Shown here: positions 14,627-27,984 of the stretch, one piece after another
How the letters are laid out: each line of letters opens with the position of its first letter
How positions within the stretch are numbered: position 1 is the first letter of the stretch
Source of the DNA: Camelus dromedarius
Lineage: Eukaryota
Assembly (NCBI RefSeq): GCF_036321535.1
Contig: NC_087472.1
Coordinates: 92,630,001-92,694,000, forward strand
Reading direction: 5' to 3'
DNA length: 64,000 bases
Notes under the pieces: generated by a model
What the model was told of the DNA's origin: nothing
Database searches by the model: none
What the model saw: only the letters and a program-made list of their open reading frames with translations
Made by a program: the position numbers and the translations under genes

Positions 14627-15078
14627 CTCATTTAAAAGTATTATAGACATTATAATTTGTTTTTCTACTTACTGGACAAATACATGCATTTAAATACTTG
14701 AAAATTGTGGTAAGTGAGGGAGTTTTATAAACACACATGCATGTGTGTTTATATCTATGCCGCATACAGACTTGGTGAAAATGCCAATCACAGACTTTGA
14801 ATATGATTGGATAACTATTAATAATGAAAATGACATGCTGTTCATTTATTGATTGAACAAGATTTAAAACTACAGTGAGATAAAAATGATCTGCTTTTGT
14901 CTTATCTTAAAAAAAATTCCTTCTATCCCAACATTAAAAGAATTTTTTCCATTTGAAGATTTTAAATATAAACCCATGCAGTGTTTTACTCTGTCTTTTT
15001 TCCTTGAATAAAATTCCAGACAAGCTAAATGCTTGATGTAGACATTACGCATGTTGAAAAACTTACTATTTTAGTTAC

Positions 15079-15392
15079 AATAATTGTTTTTTGCCTCTTT
15101 ATATATATATTTTTTAATTGAAGTATAGTCAGTTTACAATGTTGAAGTATGATCAGTTTATGTTGTGTCAATTTCTGGTGTACGCTTCAGTCATACATGA
15201 ACACACATATATTTGTTTTTATATTCTTTTTCACCATAAGTTACTACAGGATATTGAATACAGTTTCCTGTGCTATACAGTATAAACTTGTTGTTTATTC
15301 TATATATATATATATATATATTAGTATCTGCAAATCTTGAACCCCCAATTTATCCCTTCCCATCCCCTTGCCCCCTAAAATAATTGTTTTTT
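15079..15392 (-). mobile_element. L1 3' end (camelid-type) with 14-bp TSD
   Basis: aataattgtttttt at 15079-15092 and 15379-15392, flanking ttttttaattgaagtatagtcagtttacaatg... Confidence 0.85.
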
Positions 15393-15756
15393 ACACAACT
15401 GGTAACAAAACATAACCCAAGAAGTTCCAGAAATTTCAACTTTATCATTGAACTGATAAAACTTGTTAATTACATGCAAATAGATTTCTAACTATTTGTC
15501 ATCTGAACACATAAGGCACTGACTAAAAGCTAGAAACATTGTAAAGTCATACTAAACTTCAACTTCATTCCCAGTGGCCATGAGGCATACTTGGCCATGG
15601 GGAGGGCAAGCAGAATGAGATTTTCTTAGAAACTTTGAAATAGGATCCAAAGATGAAATGTCTAAAGAAAACTTTCAAATAATTATCCTAATGTCTCATT
15701 ACTTGTGACACCAACTACAAGGTTTAAAAAAGCGTAAGTCATTACAGAGAACTTAC

Positions 15757-15826
15757 CAAAACTTATCTGAAGAATCTGTGATTTTTTGCCTTGTCCATGA
15801 TTATTTAAAAATAATGTCATTAAGAT
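15757..15826 (-). pseudogene. Pseudo-exon (RhoGAP-like)
   Basis: ggtagcag|...TTTG|gtaagt; ILMTLFLNNHGQGKKSQILQISF. Confidence 0.6.
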
Positions 15827-15977
15827 CTGCTACCATAACAAAAGTTTAAAAATGAATGTACCCATGATTGTTAAAAATATAATAAAATTCTGAGCTTTTG
15901 CTACCATAATAAAAAATACAGACAACTAAACTGACTTATAGTTACAAAATGCATCCACCTAAGTTAGCTTGTTTTAC

Positions 15978-16215
15978 CTTGACAACAACTAGGGAGGAGT
16001 TGAGCTGACTTTCCCGAAGGCAGCAGTTGCAGATCTGTCATGGAAGTGCTTTGATTTACAAATCTATTTTGGGATGAATGATGAATCAAATTCAGAAAAC
16101 ACATCAAGGAAATCATACTAAAGGCCAATGAGGCCAAAGGGAAGTAGGAAGAGGAATCAGGCTTTCAGCAGTTTGTGGAATTCAAACGAAGGTACTGAAT
16201 GCATTTCACTGGTCC
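15978..16215 (-). pseudogene. Pseudo-exon (DEPDC-type RhoGAP-like start)
   Basis: cctattcttag|...CAAG|gtaaaa; 79 codons with a single TGA: GPVKCIQYLRLNSTNC*...KSAQLLPSCCQ. KCIQYL parallels DEPDC7 DCLEYL; QLL parallels EPLL. Confidence 0.65.
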
Positions 16216-16304
16216 CTAAGAATAGGTCTTTCTAGGCTGGTACATGGATCATACTCACTGGATTCATTCTTATTTTCCATTACAACTTAACATCAATAAC
16301 TTAC

Positions 16305-16379
16305 GTGCCTACTAATATGCTTGGCAACTCTAGACAATCAAGCATATATTAATGAGAAGTTTTAAGATAACATGACATC
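16305..16379 (-). pseudogene. Pseudo-exon (post-DEP helix)
   Basis: ctctaaatag|...CAC|gtaagt; one frame gives YMLDCLELPSILVG, resembling DEPDC L..l.lP.l. Confidence 0.45.
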
Positions 16380-16785
16380 CTATTTAGAGGCTGTGGAAAC
16401 TTTAATAAGAGAGAAAACTACCCCCCATTCCCAGTTCCCAACCTGACTCCTCATTTCAGTGCAGTAAATCATGAAATTATGCCAGTTCTTCCTCCATGAT
16501 GCCTCTAATTGCAAGGGTTGGGGCCATGTCACTGGTTTCTTAGTCCTGAAAATTACTTCCCTGATTATCTCCCTCCTTTTAATGGTTCCTGTACATTATT
16601 GATGGATTAAATCTTACGTTTTTAATCTTGTTGTCCTGATCAGTAGCTAACAATACTGCTCATTACCAAATTCACATTCTTCAAAATGGCACTCATTCCA
16701 TTTCCTTAACTGGCCCCCTTAATATTATTTTTTTGTCCTTATTCCCCTGCCAAGGTCTCAGTTCCAATCAGCTGAATTTCAATAC

Positions 16786-17001
16786 AGATTTAATTTGCTG
16801 TAATGAGGTTTTTTCCAAAATCAGTCTAATTATCAACCCTTTCATTGTCAATTATATATAGGTAATGTATGTGAGAAACAGAGAGAAATAGATTCAACTG
16901 GCTAAGTATAAAAAAGGTAGTTCTTCCTTTTTCAAATTCTCAATGCTATATAATACACAGTCAAATCTTATGTATGTGAAGCCATCACAAAATGTATTGA
17001 T
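16786..17001 (-). pseudogene. Pseudo-exon (DEP core); 3' boundary uncertain
   Basis: Strong acceptor ttgtttccacag|; INTFCDGFTYIRFDCVLYSIENLKKEELPFLYLAS* parallels DEPDC4/7 TYKDCFTGSDAVDVVLSHL. Confidence 0.55.
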
Positions 17002-17086
17002 CTGTGGAAACAAATTTTAAGAAGTTTGTATATTTAAGTGGAAAACTAAAATTTTAAAGTGGCTTCCTTAAGTGAGTTTTACTCAC

Positions 17087-17203
17087 TTCTGTGCCTTCTT
17101 AAATGGTGTACATTGTCCAATTAACTTTGTATTTATGACACTGAACATCACAGGAACTTAGAGGTCACTTTTGCTAATATCTCATCGTATCCTTGGATGT
17201 GTT
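17087..17203 (-). pseudogene. Pseudo-exon (DEP N-terminal part)
   Basis: ttattggatag|...|gtgagt; phase 2->2; THPRIR*DISKSDL*VPVMFSVINTKLIGQCTPFKKAQ. Confidence 0.55.
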
Positions 17204-18525
17204 CTATCCAATAATGTGTTTATTAGCTGGTTATTTTGTGCTTGAAAAAAAACTGGTAAGAGGAGACTACCTGAAGCAAAATTATCCAATGTAAGAAAAC
17301 TTAAATGTTAAAAATATCTTCCTTATATTCAACAGAAACCTGTCATTTATTCAGTTTTGACCCCATTATTCCTAATTCTTCCCCCACACAGAACCAGATT
17401 TCTCTTTAATCTGATGCCTCCAAGTCACTGTCAATTTTATGATTCTCTTTCGTTATTCTCTAACTTAGCAGTACTTTTTGCTATCAAGTGTCTCATACTG
17501 CTACTATATGGCCCAGTTCCCAATGTCCGTTATTATGATCAATTTTTTTTAGTTTATTCAGACATGAAAAACAGAGAACCACCAAAGTTGGAATTATATG
17601 TGAAATAAGTTAAAAGATTTATTTTACAACAATGATTAAAGGCTGCTCCTAAGAAATTAAAAATAGGCTTCAGTGACAACTTATTTGTGTACTGTCAAGA
17701 TCTTTTGGGTTCAAAACTGTGAAAATGATTATGAATAAAATGACATGGAACAGACCATTAGATATTTCCGCATATATGTTTATAGTATATATTCCTATAT
17801 GTATAAAAACTTATATAATATACACAATAGAAATTATATGTTATTATATCTCATTCCTTTCTAATCAAACATCAAGGGTAAAGAAAATAAAAGGCCAAGT
17901 ATAGCAGGCTTCAATTAGATGATTAAGTCTTCTCTAGAAAATTCCTCTGAAATACTTGTCCAGACTGAGTGCACACTGCTAGTGAATAGCAGGCAGGTAG
18001 AACTTCCCAAGGCAATTCATTATGGCTTTGGGCATGCTAGATTTCATCTTCGCATAAGAAATCCTCATCTGTCATCCTATCCTCTTCCCCATCCTCTGTT
18101 CTTATTTTGAGTCTTTAGAGCATTTTTGTTTCCTTTTCAAATATGATAGTCATTCAAATTTTTCATACAAAAGTATTTAGTCTCTGGAATAACCAGAAAT
18201 GAATGTCAGTATATCCTCATTTAATAAGATTTGTTAAAGACCTACTGCATGCAAGCTTATGGAGTAGTTACTCTCTACAAACTGAAGCATTATAAAGCAT
18301 GGTATTCCCCTTAAGTAGTTTATAATCTAGTAGAGATAAAGGACTTCTATGTAAACCATATAAACACACTCTCAAGCATGAGAAAGCATGTGATATATAT
18401 CTGAAAGGTTGAGTGGAGCGAAGTAAGATATTGTGGCTACTTATATAGAAATAAAATTTTAATAAGCTTTCATCTTTAAAAGGGAAATCTCAAAAAAAAT
18501 TAAGCATGTTTCTTAAGTGTCTTAC

Positions 18526-18636
18526 TCATTTTTTCCTTTCTTAAATGGTGTTGATGTTGAGGTTAAATGTGTTTGCTCAGAATAGAGCACTGGTCTCTTC
18601 CACAGTCAATTAAGATGAAGGTCAACTGAGATAGAG
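18526..18636 (-). pseudogene. Pseudo-exon (linker after IQ)
   Basis: tctaatctag|...GA|gtaaga; SISVDLHLN*LWKRPVLYSEQTHLTSTSTPFKKGKN; single TGA; phase 2->2. Confidence 0.6.
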
Positions 18637-19358
18637 CTAGATTAGACAGAAGTGCCAAAAAGCTGTTACCAAATGTGGTATCTCAACATTTCAAATTGTC
18701 TCCCATCTCACAAATGTCTTTATATCAACCAGTTTCATCCAAATCTAAGTAATCATCTTACAGGGAGTTTGTAACACGAGAGGTGAGTCAAAATTACTTA
18801 GCATTCCTGAGAAGGTTGCACAGTGCCTTGTATGGATATACTTGTTGACTAAAAAAGAAAAATCTTACTGATTGCTATGACTAGCACACATCTAAGACTG
18901 TTCAATGGAAGATACAACTTAGTGACATTGTATTTTCACATTAGAAATCCATTCCAAATATTTTCCCTACTTATAGCTATTAAAACTATTAATACTTTAA
19001 ATATTGGCTTGGGTCAGTACCATAAACATATTCAAAATAATAATATAAAGGAAGAGAAAAGTAAAAAGAACCAAAAGAAAAAGTAACAGTTTCTCATCTT
19101 TTCCCAAGTGGGGAAAAATCAGTTCTCACTTATGCTTAAATCAATTGTCCATTTGTGGATTAAGGTATTTATGAAAAATCTTTGATACGCTGAGTGACCA
19201 TGCTATGATAATTTTAGTCACCTACAGATATATCCAAAAAGCAAAGGGCAGGGTTTTCTGACAGAGTGCTAATATTTATCTGCTCCTCCAAAAGGCAAAA
19301 CAAGGGCCAAAGGTGAGCACATCCCACCATCAAATGGGATTGGCAGGTACATAATTAC

Positions 19359-19431
19359 CTTGGCTGTGATTTTCTACTTCTCCAAATAGGTTGTAATATA
19401 CTAAATGGGTTATTTCTTTCCTTAGAGATTT
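19359..19431 (-). pseudogene. Pseudo-exon with IQ-like motif
   Basis: aatgttttag|...AAG|gtaatt; KSLRKEITH / ILQPIWRSRKSQP; the phase-2 end fits the next exon. Confidence 0.65.
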
Positions 19432-22400
19432 CTAAAACATTTAAGCCAACCACATCTTATTTGTCCAGAATGATATATAACAACATATTCTAAAATTTAT
19501 AGAAAAAAACCCCATCTCTGATGTTGCAAGGAGCCAACAGTTTTATGGGACAAGATGACTATATTCCAAACTGTTCATAAGAAATGAAACATTTCTTAAG
19601 AGAACAGTTTAAAAACACACACTTAAAATAGGTTTCTATCAATAAATCATTTTTACTTATAGTGGTTAAAAGAAATCAATTCAAATGAGTTTTGAGATCC
19701 TTTGGCCAAATGCTACTCAATATTTTTACTCTCATAAATATATGCCTTCTTTGCTCTTATTACTAAACTTCACAATAATTTACTGTTTCTCATTTTACCC
19801 TTATGAGAATAGTACCTTGAGAGCCACATAAAATGAACATTCCAACCAGTTTCATATTTTCTGCAGAAGTGAGGAGAAGGTAATAAGAGGTATTTATATG
19901 AATAATTTTCTTTGCATTTGGTGAGCATATTTATCTTTTTCTGTTATTTCTGTGGCCACATACTAAATATAAAAGATTCTCTTTAAAAGTGACTTTACCA
20001 TGCATGCTGAATGCATGCTGTGCAGCTGTACCTGCTTTACAGAGGGACACAAAAATAAAAATGCACTTATAAGTATAGGCAAACCTCAATGACAAGGGGT
20101 TGATTAATCAGTGGAATTTTGAGTACCTCATTGCTATCTGATAAGCCAGTAACATAGTATGGAATTTGAGATCTGTCATTCCCTGTCTAAATTTGCCTTT
20201 GAACATATAGCAAATTTTGTCTGAATCCAAGACACATTGATAGTAATATTCAATGTTCTTTTACGTTCAGGTAAGTTAATTGCTTGCTAATTGCTAAAAT
20301 GGTAAGATATTTCCCAATTTCAGAAATGTTAAAATATGAGGGGGAAAGTGCATCATAGAATATGTGAAATATGCTAAGTGTCCTTTTCAACCTGAAAAAC
20401 TTGTATAATGATAGTAATCACGATTTTATTCCACACTACAGGACAGCATGTAGACACTGAGAAACACTCTAGGAACGGAAGAGATGCTTTCTACCTTCTT
20501 CCTGCCTCTGTCAGTAATTTCTAATTTCATTGGGAGAGTAACTGCCAATACTGTCCAAAGTGGCAGTTACACACCACCCATTGTGTTATTAGATGAGTCC
20601 CTTTCACTTTCTATCTTATGGGAATTTCCTTATTCAAGTAGGCATGAAAGTAAAATCCGGTCAGTTTCACAGCATAAGGACCCAAACAAAATAATGGATT
20701 TTGCCTTGCTTCTAGATATGACCTATCTGTACATCACAAAAAATAACATTTTTGGATGTTCAGCATAGAGGACAGGTTTCTGTGCTCTCTGGGGCAAGAG
20801 AGGAACTCAGAGTAATTATTCAATATATGCAGCAACACAAAGGGCCAAATGTTACTTATTGTTCTCAGAGAGTAAATTTTATGCAGGTACATAAATAAAT
20901 ATATTTCCAAAGATATGATAATAAATGAATAAAAAAGCAAACTGGAAATTCTCAATATATTTCATATTGACAGAATTTTTCATAAAGTTTTCACAGGATA
21001 CAGCATAAATGACAATGTGAGACAATGGAGCTAAGATTAAGTCTCAGAGTCAATTAAAAAAGAGAAAAAAACTTATAAAAGAATGTTTTACAGAGGCAGA
21101 ACTTCTAAGGGGAAATGTCTCAAAAATTTAACTAGGTAAATTTTCTGCAGATACTTTTTAGAGCTACCACTTTTTTCCTCTTTTTTTGATCTGTATAGTT
21201 AAAGCAGCACGCACTGATGTGAGGAATATGACATCATCAACCACATGATTTTACAATTGAAAGGAAGCTGAATTCATGTGACACAAGCTTTTCATTGTGA
21301 AGAGGAGGAACTGTAGATTAAAGGGACTAAGTGTGCATCATCCATTTCCATACATAAAGCTGGCCGCATAGCCACAAGTGAAACCACTGATTCTTAGTTA
21401 AGTTTGCCTTGTCTTTCAAAAGTATTACTAGAATACAATAAATATGCATATATACACATATATATATATAATTATTATATTCTTACATTATAGTCAAAAG
21501 CACATGAAACAGCTGTTTTCAACATTCACGGTTACAGTTATGACAATCAAAGAGTGGCCTGGTATCTCACCTGTATTCCTGAGAATGTTCTCTATACTAT
21601 TTTTTCCATAGAGGAAATCATCTCAAACACCCTGCGTCTTCAGGTATGTAAGAAAGTATCAAACCATGATTTGAACAATCTTAGGGAAGTCATAGAAAGC
21701 TTGATACAGCATAAACCAGACAGAATATCAATTACAATTTTCTCATTTTTACAGGTGAAGAGGCTGTGGCTCCACGGTAAGGGATTTGCTCAAGATAACT
21801 CAGTTCACAGTGAATCATTGCAGGTGACCTACATTTGGCTAATTATAAATACATTGTGCAAATATATGAGAGATTCACCTCCTCCCAGACAAATACCGAG
21901 CAGCTTATCCTCTCTTATATCCTTCCTTCTATGTATAGGACCAAGTCCAGTCTGCATCTTAGGCTCTGCTGAACATTTAGAAACACAAGGCCAGCACAGC
22001 CCCTACTTGGTACCAGATTCATTCAGAGGAATGTAACACAGAAGCAAGCAGGCTGGCAGGGCAACATTAGGCATTCCTTTTCAAAAAGAATCTGTACAAC
22101 CGTCCATATAGCCATCCATGAGGTATTCTCCTTGACTCCCCAGAAGAAACCCAATATCTATCTTGGCCCAGTGTGGGGGCCTTCTTGGCTTAAAAGCCTC
22201 AAGCAATATAAGAGCCAATATCTCCTATAACAGCTCCACAGCAGAGCTTCACATTTTGAAAGTCAGAGCACTCAGAGCCAAGGCTACTGCCTCCCCCAAA
22301 GCCATTTAAACTTCTCTCAGTCCTAAAACAATTTGCCAATCATTCATTAATTTTATTCTAATCAATGCTGTCTTCGAGTATACTTGGAATATTATCTTCA

Positions 22401-22472
22401 TCAGGTTTCTAGGGAAATCCAGGTTTCCAGGTTAAATTGTCATGCAGAAGAGGAATTTTATTTTTAACTTAC

Positions 22473-22599
22473 CAATGAAGCTTTAAGGCCTTTAAAGAAG
22501 TAAGAACCTTTTGAGACTTTGTGTTCAATCTCAAGATTGTTTATTACTCTAGGACAGGTCTGTTTGGAGGTTAAAATCCTGGATCATCAACTTCGTCAT
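22473..22599 (-). pseudogene. Pseudo-exon (converter-like)
   Basis: ttttaataaag|...TTG|gtaagt; SKQTCPRVINNLEIEHKVSKGSYFFKGLKASL parallels K.aC..il..l.l...q.GKTKvFfK. Alternative acceptor at 22578. Confidence 0.65.
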
Positions 22600-23469
22600 C
22601 TTTATTAAAAATCATTCAGTAACTAAAATGTATCTGGCACTATTTCAGATGTAGTAGAAAACACATAGAAATAGCCCTGCTGTCAAAGAGCTTATATTCT
22701 AAAAGAGGGGGATAGACTCAATAAATAAATAAATTCTATAATATGCTAGAAGGTGCTAACTACTAAGGAGAGAAATAAACTATGGACATGATATACTGAG
22801 TCCTTGGTGATGTGAGAGGATGTTGCAATTGTAAATAAGGCGGTATGGTTTTATTCACTGTGACTTTTGAACAAAGACTTGAAATAGAAGAAAGTCACAT
22901 GGAAAACTATACATGAATATTTCAAGCAGAAGAAAGAGCCTTACAAAGGCCATGTAATAAGAGTATGCTTGAAGTCAACGAACTGGAAGGAAGATAACAG
23001 TTGAAACAAAAAGAGAAGAGGAAGGAGATAGGGTTAGAGAAGCAACTCATTCTCTTGAAATTGTTCCCTAAGTTTTACAGTATACTTTGATTATCTAGTT
23101 CCCTCTCTTCTTGCCATTGATGGAAAATTCTACCTCTGAACATGAAAAATTTCAGTGAAAGACAAAAGTCAAATACAGCAGAAACAAAAGCACAGTTGGC
23201 AAATGGAGAACTGATGCAGGTAATAAAATGTGTGAGATAGTTTTGTTTTACATTATGCATACCGAAGGGAGGGAAGTCAAAAAGATAAGAGAAACTTAAT
23301 TTGTCCAAACATGTACCATTACAGCTTATCATCACTCTCTCGAATATTCTGGTTATCACAGGATGTAGAAAAACAGTCTAAAATTGTTTTATTACAAGTC
23401 ATCCTGTATATAAGACTTTATCATGTAATGAATATTAAAAATATCAAGAAAGCAAGGAAGAATACTCTG

Positions 23470-24640
23470 ACTTCAGAGATGGAGCATACACAAATCACAA
23501 AAATCAGGAATGAAGGAGGGCCTTTATTCCTTACTAATGACCTTAGAGAAATGGAAAGGATTATAAGCAATACTATGAACAATGGTATGCTAATAAATTA
23601 AATAAGTAAGGAAATGGAAAATTTCCTAGAATGATCCAAACTACCAAATTATAGTACACATTGAAAAGCATAAAATTATAGAAAAACTTAGAGAACTAAA
23701 TAAATTAAAAGGCATCCTGTATTGATCAGAAACCATAACATTGTGAAGATTACAATAATCACAAAATAAGTCTAGAGATTCAATACAACGCTATCAAAAT
23801 TCGAATGGCCTTTTTAAAAACAGAAATGAAAAAATTTATATGGAATTGCAAGAGACTTTGGATAAGCAAAATGATACTGAAAAAGAATAAAAAATTGGAG
23901 AACTCACACTTCCCAATTTCTAAAGGAATAGTAATCAAAACAATGTGATATGACATAAGGATAGACATATAGATCTATGACTGGAATTGAGAATACAGAA
24001 ATAAACCCTTACTTTTATGATTAACTGATTTTTAACAAGGGTATCAGGCAATCCAATGGTGGAAAGAATAGTCATTCCAATAAATGGTGCTAGGACAACT
24101 GGATATTCACATGCAAAACAATGAAACTGGATGCCTACCTTGCAGTATGTACAAAATTTAACCCAAAATGGATAAAAGAGCTAAAATTTAAAGCTCAAAC
24201 TATAACAAAACTTAGAAGAAAATACAGGGATAAATGTTTGTGACTTGGATTAAGCAATGATCTCTTAGATATGACAAGAATTACAAATAACATAAAATAT
24301 CAATGAATTAGACTTCATCAAAATTTAAAACTTTTGTGCTTCAAAGGACATCACCAATAAAGTGAAAAGACAACCCAGAGAACTGTCAAAAATATTTTCA
24401 AAACATATATAAGGGATATACAACTTATCTATAACTCAGCGCTAAAAAGACAACCCAATTTGAAAAATGGGCAAAGCATATAAATAGGCATTTCTCCTGA
24501 GAAAATATAGAAATGGCCAATAAATAAAGGAAATGATGTTCAACATCATTAGTCATCAGGGAAATGCAAAGGAAAACCACAAGATACCACTTCACATCCA
24601 CTAGGTATCTATAATCAAAATGCAGATAATAACAAGTGTT
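23470..24640 (+). mobile_element. Old L1 ORF2 3'-half fragments
   Basis: Typical motifs: aaatggtgctaggacaactggatattcacatgcaaa, ttagtcatcagggaaatgcaaa...gataccacttcaca. Confidence 0.8.
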
Positions 24641-24647
24641 TGTAATT

Positions 24648-24916
24648 TATGGTTACTGGGGCAAGGGGGTAAGAAGGGATAAATTTGGGAATTTGAGATT
24701 TACAAATGTTAGCCACTATATATAAAAATAGATCTTTTAAAAGTTTCTTTTGTATAGCACAGGGAACTATGTTCAACATCTTGTAATAATCTTTAGTGGA
24801 AATATATGAAAATGAATATATGTATGTATATGCATGACTGAGACACTGTGCTGTACACCAGAGAATGACACATCGTAATTGACTGTACTTCAATCAATCA
24901 ATCAATCAATCAATCA
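24648..24916 (+). mobile_element. Camelid-type L1 3' end with (CAAT)n tail
   Basis: gggataaatttgggaatttgagatttacaaatg...gtatagcacagggaacta...gactgtacttcaatcaatcaatcaatcaatcaatc. Confidence 0.85.
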
Positions 24917-27563
24917 AACCTCTGGAAGAGGAGTCCAGGTTATTTTTCACAGGTTTATAGGAAATCAAGGTTCACCTAATTTATCTTTTAGTATTCATAT
25001 TTGTGAGGGGTCTAGGACAGTAAAAACAAACCAATGAAAGTTAAAATGTGTAAATCCAAACTGAAAACTCATTGATGCATACCAAGTCCATGGTCCAATA
25101 CATGAAGAGATTATTGACACATGATTAATGCATATTTTAAGAAAATGTGCTCAGTCATGGAAATCAAAGAAATCTCAATCCTTGGAATTAAGTAATCAAT
25201 TGATTCTCTGAATTAATTCATCCAACAAACCATATGAAAAAAAGGGAGGTACTTGGACCAAGCATTTAGGAGTAAAAGTTTAGGAGTAGAATTCTGAAAG
25301 AAAGATGAGAAGCATTAGCTTTAGAATTTCCAATAACTTTGGCATTTTGAAAATAAAAATGTTTGCATGGAGTATTTTAAATATGATAAGAAAATAATCT
25401 AAACACGTATGCTATTGTCTGGGGGCTGAATTTCCCATTTTTACTTCTTTTCCATTGTTTTTTCTTAATGATTGTTTTTTCTCCTTTATCTGTTTGCATT
25501 ATAAATATGCTGAATCATAAAAAACTGTAAAGCTATATACTCAATGGTAAAAATTAGAAACATAAAAAGTCTAAAACAGCTCTTTCCCAAGGGACCTGTG
25601 AAGACATTTCCCCTTCACTACACTACTTTATATTTAGGTTAATTGTTTCTTTATTACTAACATTTAAGAGAAAACAGAGCAAAAGTAAAATATTACTTCC
25701 CCAAAACACTAGTACTTGAATTTGAAGATGTATTTATTCATATCAATAAAAACACAAAAGCATAAATTTCTTTTCAGTAGAATAGCAAGAATCAGGAAAA
25801 GCCTTAAATTATAAAATTTTTTGTATTAAACTGAGAGGAAATTATGAGACGTTGTTTAAAAAATAAGAGATTCTTTACAATTGAGAGCCCTTGAAGAAAG
25901 ATATTTGCTAGTAAGAACAAAATGCAGTGATTTTGAAATGACTGATGCAAATAAGTATGAAAATTATGTATTTCATCAGAACCTCTAACTCAATTTACAT
26001 ACCCACTGCATGTAAATGGGACTTAGGCTCTACCTATGTGAAAATATATTATAAAAATTACTACTTAAGGAGAAGTGTTAAATATTTCCAGGTTAATTAA
26101 ACAGAAATACATATGCACATATGCATATACAAGTTTATATTAAATATAAAAAAATACTGTTGGAAAAAATTGTATGGCTGTTATTTATACTGATAGGCAA
26201 TAAAATATTAAATATTGAATAATAATTCAATTATATTTTAATCATTTTCAATTTACTATATAATACTTTTCCAAATAAAATTTCCAAGTTCAATTTAATA
26301 ATTTATACATCATTAGCTAACTAATTATAACTAATTTGAAACAGTGTGGTTAAATACTTATTAATGATAGCTAATGAAATATTGCTCACAAGTTATATTT
26401 TATATTTACTAATTTTCATAATGGGATTTGGAGGAAAATATTTTAATAATTTAAAAGTGAATAACACATACTAGGGAGCTATATTCATAATAAATCAAAA
26501 ATGATTTTATCTGTAAAGAAAAGTACTTAAATTCTAAATATTTTCATATATAGCTTTATTGCCTAGTTGAATTTGAAAAGTTCTCCTACAGCTTTAGTCT
26601 TGAGAGTTCAGTGATCTCAACTTTTAAAACTTCTAATGGAATAGAGCTGAATCATGGTTACAGGAGGAGAGAGAGAAAGTGCCCAATGTTCCAAGACTTA
26701 CTTAGAATTAATTGTAAACGAAACACTGTTTAAAGAAGAAATGATGGAGTGATGCAGGTCAGTTCTTTAATTGATTTTATACTAACCAAATTTAAACAAT
26801 TAATTTAAATAGTTAACAATAGCTATGCAGTGGTGCTCAGTTATTTACACATATATTTTTTAAAAACCTATCCCAACAAAATATCCAATGATGTTATAAG
26901 CACAGCTTATAGCTGTTATTTCCCTGGAAACCCAAACCATTTCCTCAATTCGCACTTGCAGAAAAAATTCATGGTCAAGTTTCCAACTTATATCCAAGAG
27001 TTTTGAATATTGTTCTTATATTTAGAAATTAATTTCTTAGCTATGAGTTAAAGGTCATATATACCTTTATATACTTATATATACATATGGTGCCCAGGAG
27101 AAGGACTATAGAATCAATGTAATGCTTAAGTCAAAGTGTCACTATAAAAGAAATCTATAAAGTGTATGGAAAATAAGTGGTAAGATAGACTGAGAGCTTG
27201 GTGTGGAGTTAAGCTCTCCACAGAATGCTCTCATCTTTGTTATCTAAGCTTTTGACAAAGCACTGATGCAAGATTATGAATTAACACTCTTTCTTCAAAA
27301 AGTACAACTAAAATACTCTTCTTACTTCCATTTTGTTCCACCGGAATACAGAGGAAAAAAACTTTTTTATGAGGTTAAGATGTGAAAAGTCCTCTTCCAA
27401 CAACATAGCAATATTAGAAGGACAGGATAGTTTTACAAATTCTTCATATTAACCACAAAAATGATACACCATACATTTTGAAATAAATAGATACAAATCA
27501 TTATGTGAACCAGGTGAGCTTCAAAAGCAAACATCTGTATATCTGCAAATGCAAAAATCATAC

Positions 27564-27834
27564 CCAAGGCTTAAATTCTGAAAGGGTTCTGTTTATTTGT
27601 TGGTGGCAGAGATCAAAGGTATTATTCATTGTTGTTCAGGGAAGAAAGACAGCTACTAAATAATCATCAGGCTGTCTGACTGCCTTTCAACAGATATTTC
27701 TCTCAGAACAGTCACATATACAAAGTGGGATGTGTTATAAGTCTGATTCCAGAGATTCATGACTGCTGTGGTGACTGTAGCAAAGGATGAAGACAAGAGG
27801 GACGGGATACACTGGAAACAGCCACATCTAGGTC
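27564..27834 (-). pseudogene. Pseudo-exon (motor: sqF..sL..Lm..l..t.pHFV / fDd.lV..Ql..tgm.et / F.eF)
   Basis: ttttatgttag|...TGG|gtatga; SSSFATVTTAVMNLWNQTYNTSHFV, then after a frameshift PDDYLVAVFLP*TTMNNTFDLCHQQINRTLSEFKPW. Confidence 0.7.
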
Positions 27835-27984
27835 CTAACATAAAATTTTCACATCATCAATGTTTGTCCCAGAGAAATGTTAACCAGAATGAGAACTTTT
27901 CATGGAAACACAATCTCAAATAGGTAGATATTGCCTGGCATTTTAAAACCAACAGTGCAGCTTCTAATGACTTCATCCTTCGGA

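Noticed and set aside
18526..18560. TPFKKGKN resembling a PLAT-domain F..G..D motif
   Set aside because: No other PLAT features in the adjacent exons.
21554..22036. Longest ORF in the track (160 aa, + strand)
   Set aside because: No recognisable domain, overlaps a MIR-like segment, starts at GTG and has no supporting exon chain.
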